DNA of 64,000 bases from Leptogorgia sarmentosa. Taxonomy: Eukaryota. The stretch covers positions 620,001 through 684,000 of the forward strand of contig OZ210886.1 of NCBI GenBank assembly GCA_964658305.1, in the 5' to 3' direction. This document shows, in pieces, positions 59,036 through 64,000 of this stretch. The stretch's first letter is position 1. The number at the start of each line of letters is the position of its first letter. Under the pieces are notes generated by a model. The model ran no database searches. It saw only the letters and a list, made by a program, of their open reading frames with translations, and had not been told where the DNA came from. The position numbers and the translations under genes are program-made.

Positions 59036-61775
59036 ATGACTGGTATTTCTCAAACTTCTGCTATGATTACCCGAGTATGGCGTGTAGCTATAATTGTGTT
59101 TGTGTTACTGAGTGTCTACACTAACAGCGACAAAACATCAAATGCTATCAACAATACGAAACAACTTTTAAAGACAACTGAATCGCCAGTTCATAATGTG
59201 ACAACAGAAAGTTCGTTAATACCTCATGTCAATATTACCGCAGTTACAGGTAAATATAGAGTATGTTACCCTCATTTGCATTAATTAATGTGCATAAATT
59301 AGGTTCAGTTTATCTGAGTGGTTTTTAGGCTGAACTAAGTTCGTCTTCAAGATTGTTGCATTTAAAAATGGAATAAACTGAAATCGCGTTATTTATCATT
59401 TATGTCTGTTCTTGCACATCCATATAGTTGATTGTTGCAGTATTTCATGTTAACGTAAATTATATGCCTATCTTTATAATAGGCTCGATCACCAGTCGGT
59501 TTTGTATTAGATGTTTTTGTATTACTCCAAAAGGTGCAATAACTCGAGATTAACAACAAAAGAGTGATTTCTATAGAGGTTACTTTTTGGGGACACCCTG
59601 TAGATCTTAAAAAACTTGCAATCACAGAATTTTATCGTCTTTTTACTTGCATACCACGCGTGTGTCGTGGAACTACATGTGCACAGTTATAATTAGTTTT
59701 GGCAATTAATGGAAAATATTATCTTGCAATCGATTTTGAAGCTATAGTTTCGAGGCCTATAGTCTGCCGTATGTATCATTAGTGACTTACCTCACTGACA
59801 ATGCCTAAGATTATTCAGACTACATACCATAACTTTGTGTTTGAAATATAATAACCAAATACCTGATTTCTAGGTTGGATAAAATCCCATAAGAAGCAAG
59901 CTGCTATTGGACTAATCATTGGAGTGACTATTGCAGTGTTAATAATTATCTTAATATGTTGCTGCATCTCGAAATTTGCTGTGGAAAAAGTGAAACGAAA
60001 GAAGAAGAAAAAGGACGGAGTGCTGCGGGGATATTTTAAAAGGATAAAATTACCAAAATTAAAACTGCCTAAACTATCACTGTTTAAGGTTCAACCGAAA
60101 GATGGTTTTGGCAAAGAAATTGTAAGTACGAAGTTCGTGTTCTGCTTTATGAATTATAAATCAATGCTGCATGTGTTGAGATTTCATGCGGCAACATTGA
60201 ATTCAGCTTGAACATGTTTTAAACATGGAACACCGCGTACTTGCAAGGTCCTTACAACCATTCTGATTTCTGTTCAAATCATTATTCATCTCTACTTTTC
60301 ATTTTTCAACAGAAAAACATTGGAAGATTGACGTTTTCCCTTTTCTACGAAAAACGAACGTAAGTATGCCAAGATAAAATTTGTCTTTGTCTTAGTAATT
60401 ATTGAATAAACGGGAAGTAATCACGAAGAATATGCAAAACTGTGAATCTGTGAAAAATGCTATCTGAAAAGCAATTTGGAACACCTTACGAAATATTCTG
60501 TACAGTCACCAATCAGATCACAATCATCACATGACGTGTATTTCTGCTACCGAGGAAAGTTTTCACATAGCATCAAAATTATCTTCTTAAAATTTGTAGT
60601 GCAGTTCTTCATGTGAATATCAAGAAAGCAGAAGATTTATCTCTGAAGTCATCTGGCTATGTTTCATTTAATTTTGTTCAAGTCGAGTTAGATCCCTTTT
60701 CAGTTGCAAGAAGTGCTGAAGGAGATTACTATGAAACCAGGAGAGTTAGGAACAGTGTTTCCCCTGTGTTTGATGACCTCATCACCATAAATATCCTGCC
60801 AGAGGAACTCAAAGAACAGACCTTGATGTGTTATGTGTACGATGAAAACAAAATATCACCAAGAGATTTGATTGGAGTTGCCATGTTAGAAATGGAAGGA
60901 TTGTTTCATAGCATTCATGGAAAAGAAAGAGATTTTAATGAAACATTGAAATGGAGAAAAGGGGTATGTTTCATTTGTTGATGACATGATTTATGTAGCT
61001 TTTCTCAGTTTCTCAGATCTCTTTACATACATATATAACAGTAAGTTTTAATAATATTCATATTCATCCTTCAAATATTAGGCAAAAGGTGGTGATATTT
61101 TGCTTCATTTTCGTTGGAATCCAAAAGCTGAAATATTTTACGTAACCGTCAAAGAATGTTCGCATCTCACACCTGTGGATAAAAGAGGACGAGCAAGTAT
61201 GTAGATCCCCCCCTAGCCCTCCCCTTAACTGGTTAATCGTCGTCGTTTTCGTTGTTGTTGTTGCCGTAATGCCGTTGGCTGGTGGGATGTTGTTGTTGTT
61301 TTGAGTTTTAAACAGTTGCTTTTCATTATCATATTCATAAATGCCTTCTATTTTAGATCCTTATGTGAAGGTGGAAGTTTTCGATGGTACAACACGAATT
61401 TTCCAAGAAACAACAAATGCAAAGCACAAAACATTGTTTCCTGTGTTTAATGAAAGATTTCATTTCAAATTAAGTGACCAACAGAAGAAATCAGTTTGTC
61501 TCATAATCAGTGTCAAACATCGCCCAAGTTGGACTGCAGGCAGGAAGGTTGTCATTGGCCAACTCAGTTTTAGTTTCCGTTCAATGGGAGATGAATTACA
61601 ACACTGGAAATCAACACTGTCTAGCGGTAAAGACGTTGAAATGATGCACAGTCTTCGAGCTGCGGTTGAAGTACCAAGGAAACGTCCAAGTAAGAAAACT
61701 AAAGGACAAGACATCATAGATGTATTGTCTGAAGAAGAAAATCTTTTGGAAGACGAAGACGACATTTTACTATAA
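59036..61775 (+). CDS. Atypical synaptotagmin-like protein (putative signal peptide, ectodomain, TM, C2A, C2B), 6 exons
   Basis: Exons ~59036-59249, 59874-60121 (TM IGLIIGVTIAVLIIILICCC and a basic stretch), 60312-60359 (NIGRLTFSLFY), 60600-60963 (C2A: YETRRVRNSVSPVFDD...YVYDENK), 61082-61197 and 61357-61775 (C2B: PYVKV...KHKTLFPVFNERFHF...QHW). Confidence 0.85.
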
Positions 61776-61986
61776 AAGACAATAATCTGACGTGACGTCA
61801 ACTGTGCTTATTGTTACTAGAAACGGCAAAACAATTTTTACTCTAGAATTAAATTTTAAACAAAACCATGATAAGAGTGTGAACTGTAAAAATCCGTAAT
61901 AAAACGTCATGAATATATCAATACACCTATTGTTTTTTTACATAAACAGAAACTAGTTTACATATTGGCAAAATTCAGTAGATTTT

Positions 61987-63821
61987 CTATTCAGTACTAT
62001 GATCTGTGCTTGTGGTATTTTTTTCCTCCATCTTCGTCTGATTGTGGATTTCTATCCACGATTCGAATTTGTTTTCAACTTGAATGCATACAAACTGTAT
62101 CCTGTAGTTGTGCTTTAAAATATGTGTCGCTTTGTACAGAACTTCGCTTTCATTTGTATTTTCATCTGAAAGAAAAAAAGCAATAAATGAGAATTTAATA
62201 TTCAGCCCAGGATGAAAGAGTAATGACCAATGCAATTAAACTGACATTGAGAACAGAAAGCGGTTAGCATTCCTAAATTTACACCCGCATCTACTACTGG
62301 TTTCTATCTAGCAGTAATATGGTAAAATTAATCAATCGTTTTAAAAACTTACTAATTTGTAAATGTACGTTTGCTGCCAAGAGATCGACTGTAAGCGACC
62401 ATAAGCGCAGACTGTGCACATGTGTGACGCCGTCTATTGATTCTAAAGAGCCTTTTACTTCATCATATGTAAATTGATCCGGAGCACCTGTAAAGTACAT
62501 GGGGATATACAAATTTAATATAAATTATAACCGATGATCATGTTGTATTGGCAGTGCAGTCGAATCGTAAGCTGCAAAGTATACAGGGTGTCACGTCCCA
62601 AACCCTTCCCCCTCCCCCCCCCTCCCTCCCTCCCCTGAGTTCCTACACCAGCAAACTGGTCCACATACCTTCCAAGAAGACTTTTAGAATGTCTTTAAAA
62701 ACATTTAAGCTAACAAGGACTGACATCGCAGAAAAAATTAACGTACAAATAGGATCAGCAATTGTGAGATCTGGCTGCAAAAAATAATTTTAAACATTTT
62801 TTATTTGGTGGGCAAGTGCAAAAGTGGTACAAGTGCGATAATTTTTGGTCATTATTTCATTTGAAACCCGTATTTTCAAACTGCTTATTCAGAGCAAAAA
62901 AGTAGTAACGGCGTTCCAATTCGAAAATTTCGAAATTCAAATAACCCCAAAACACGTTACTTTTTCCTCAAAATCTCAATGGCTTTCCAGTAGATAATAG
63001 CGTCTCACTTACCCTAAATTTAATAACAACAGCAGCAATTAATAGTCCTAAAGTACACAGTGTGTCTCCTAAAATATGAATGAAAGCAGCTCTAATATTG
63101 ATATTCTCTAGTTCGCTCGTTGATTGTGTTCCGTCATCCCTAATTGAAGGTTTCCCGCCATGGGAATGACCATGAGAGCGTCCTGGTACCACAAGAATTA
63201 GTCCCATCCTGAAAAAAGTTCAGAAGTAACAATAACTACGATATAGCACCGTCCAAACTAATAACAACATCAACATGCAACAAATTAAAAATTGTTTGAA
63301 GTTTTTTGGCAACAGTTCGTGTTGTACTTACAAAATATTCGCTATTAAACAAAATCCAGCAGTCAACACCATAGTGTCTGCTTCTATCTCATAGTCATGA
63401 TAAACTATTCTTTCAATCGCGTAGTACGACAAAAAGGCAGCAACAATCCATCCAAGAAAAATTGTTAACAATGCCCCAAACATTTCTAAAATGGTTGAGA
63501 ACAAATTTGTTTTATTTATGGAAGCGAGTTTTGTAGTTGGTAAATTTTCTTCACTCCAACAAAGAGGGAGATGAAGAGGGAGGTGAAGAGGGAGGTGATA
63601 TAGCTATATAGTTCTAGTGATGCACCAAGGATCATATCGCAATAACGCACAAATCAAACGCTAAATTGGTATACCTGCACGATAAAAACCAAAAGTGTGA
63701 GACTTTGTAGCAGGGCATGCTGCAATCTTTATTGCCAAAATACTTGTCAATAAACTTGCGAGATCTGACATCATGTGAGCGGCATCAGTGATGATAGCCA
63801 AACTGTTCGCTAAATATCCTC
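61987..63821 (-). CDS. Zinc transporter of the CDF/SLC30 family (ZnT2/3/8-like); the 5' exons appear to lie beyond the window
   Basis: GGYLANSLAIITDAAHMMSD, HTFGFYRAE, His loop SHGHSHG, NINIRAAFIHILGD, ADPICTLIFS, GVTHVHSLRLWSLT and CIQVE. The H-D/H-D metal site is typical of Zn transporters. Confidence 0.92.
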
Positions 63822-64000
63822 CTGTATTGCGGAAAACACATCAATCAGTATGTGCAAAATAATACGAAAACAGTGGTCAAATATGTCTTTTGCATAAGGC
63901 ATTGCTGGTCTATGTTACCTAGAACTGCGTGTGACCTTGGTTCACTAATATGTTAATATTCCAGGAGGCAGGGGCCCGGTACACGGCCCGTACACCTTTG

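Noticed and set aside
1..64000. CRISPR arrays, rRNA, tRNA, autonomous transposon ORFs, hammerhead ribozymes and U12-type introns
   Set aside because: None recognised by eye. The introns I traced were ordinary GT-AG, and CTGATGA occurrences lacked the downstream GAAA core and stems.

Overview
This is gene-dense, AT-rich animal DNA with short GT-AG introns. The repeat families and gene content suggest an anthozoan cnidarian, possibly an octocoral; that placement is inference. I read 15 protein-coding loci, in order: an intronless class A GPCR (+), NAB (-), RSU1 (-), STK11IP (+), a small neuropeptide-like precursor (+), RETSAT (-), TOMM7 (+), WDR37 (+) with an intronless FoxE-like gene nested antisense in one intron, IQCB1 (-), STT3B (+) with a second near-identical FoxE-like copy nested in sense orientation, SMARCE1 (+), an atypical synaptotagmin (+), and the 3' part of a ZnT/SLC30 zinc transporter (-). 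Many short non-autonomous DNA-transposon relics lie in introns and intergenic DNA. Five observations stand out. (1) An inverted pair of complete FoxE transcription units sits in introns of two unrelated housekeeping genes. (2) A candidate neuropeptide precursor encodes pQPLKYamide and possibly GPFNPPPYYPYKGSamide. (3) A DEP domain is spliced into STK11IP. (4) The GPCR stop codon is followed by 97 open in-frame codons ending in a PDZ-ligand-like -ASLL. (5) The synaptotagmin has a putative signal peptide, degenerate Ca2+ sites and terminal acidic-dileucine motifs. Exon coordinates were read by eye and may be off by a few bases. No database searches were run.
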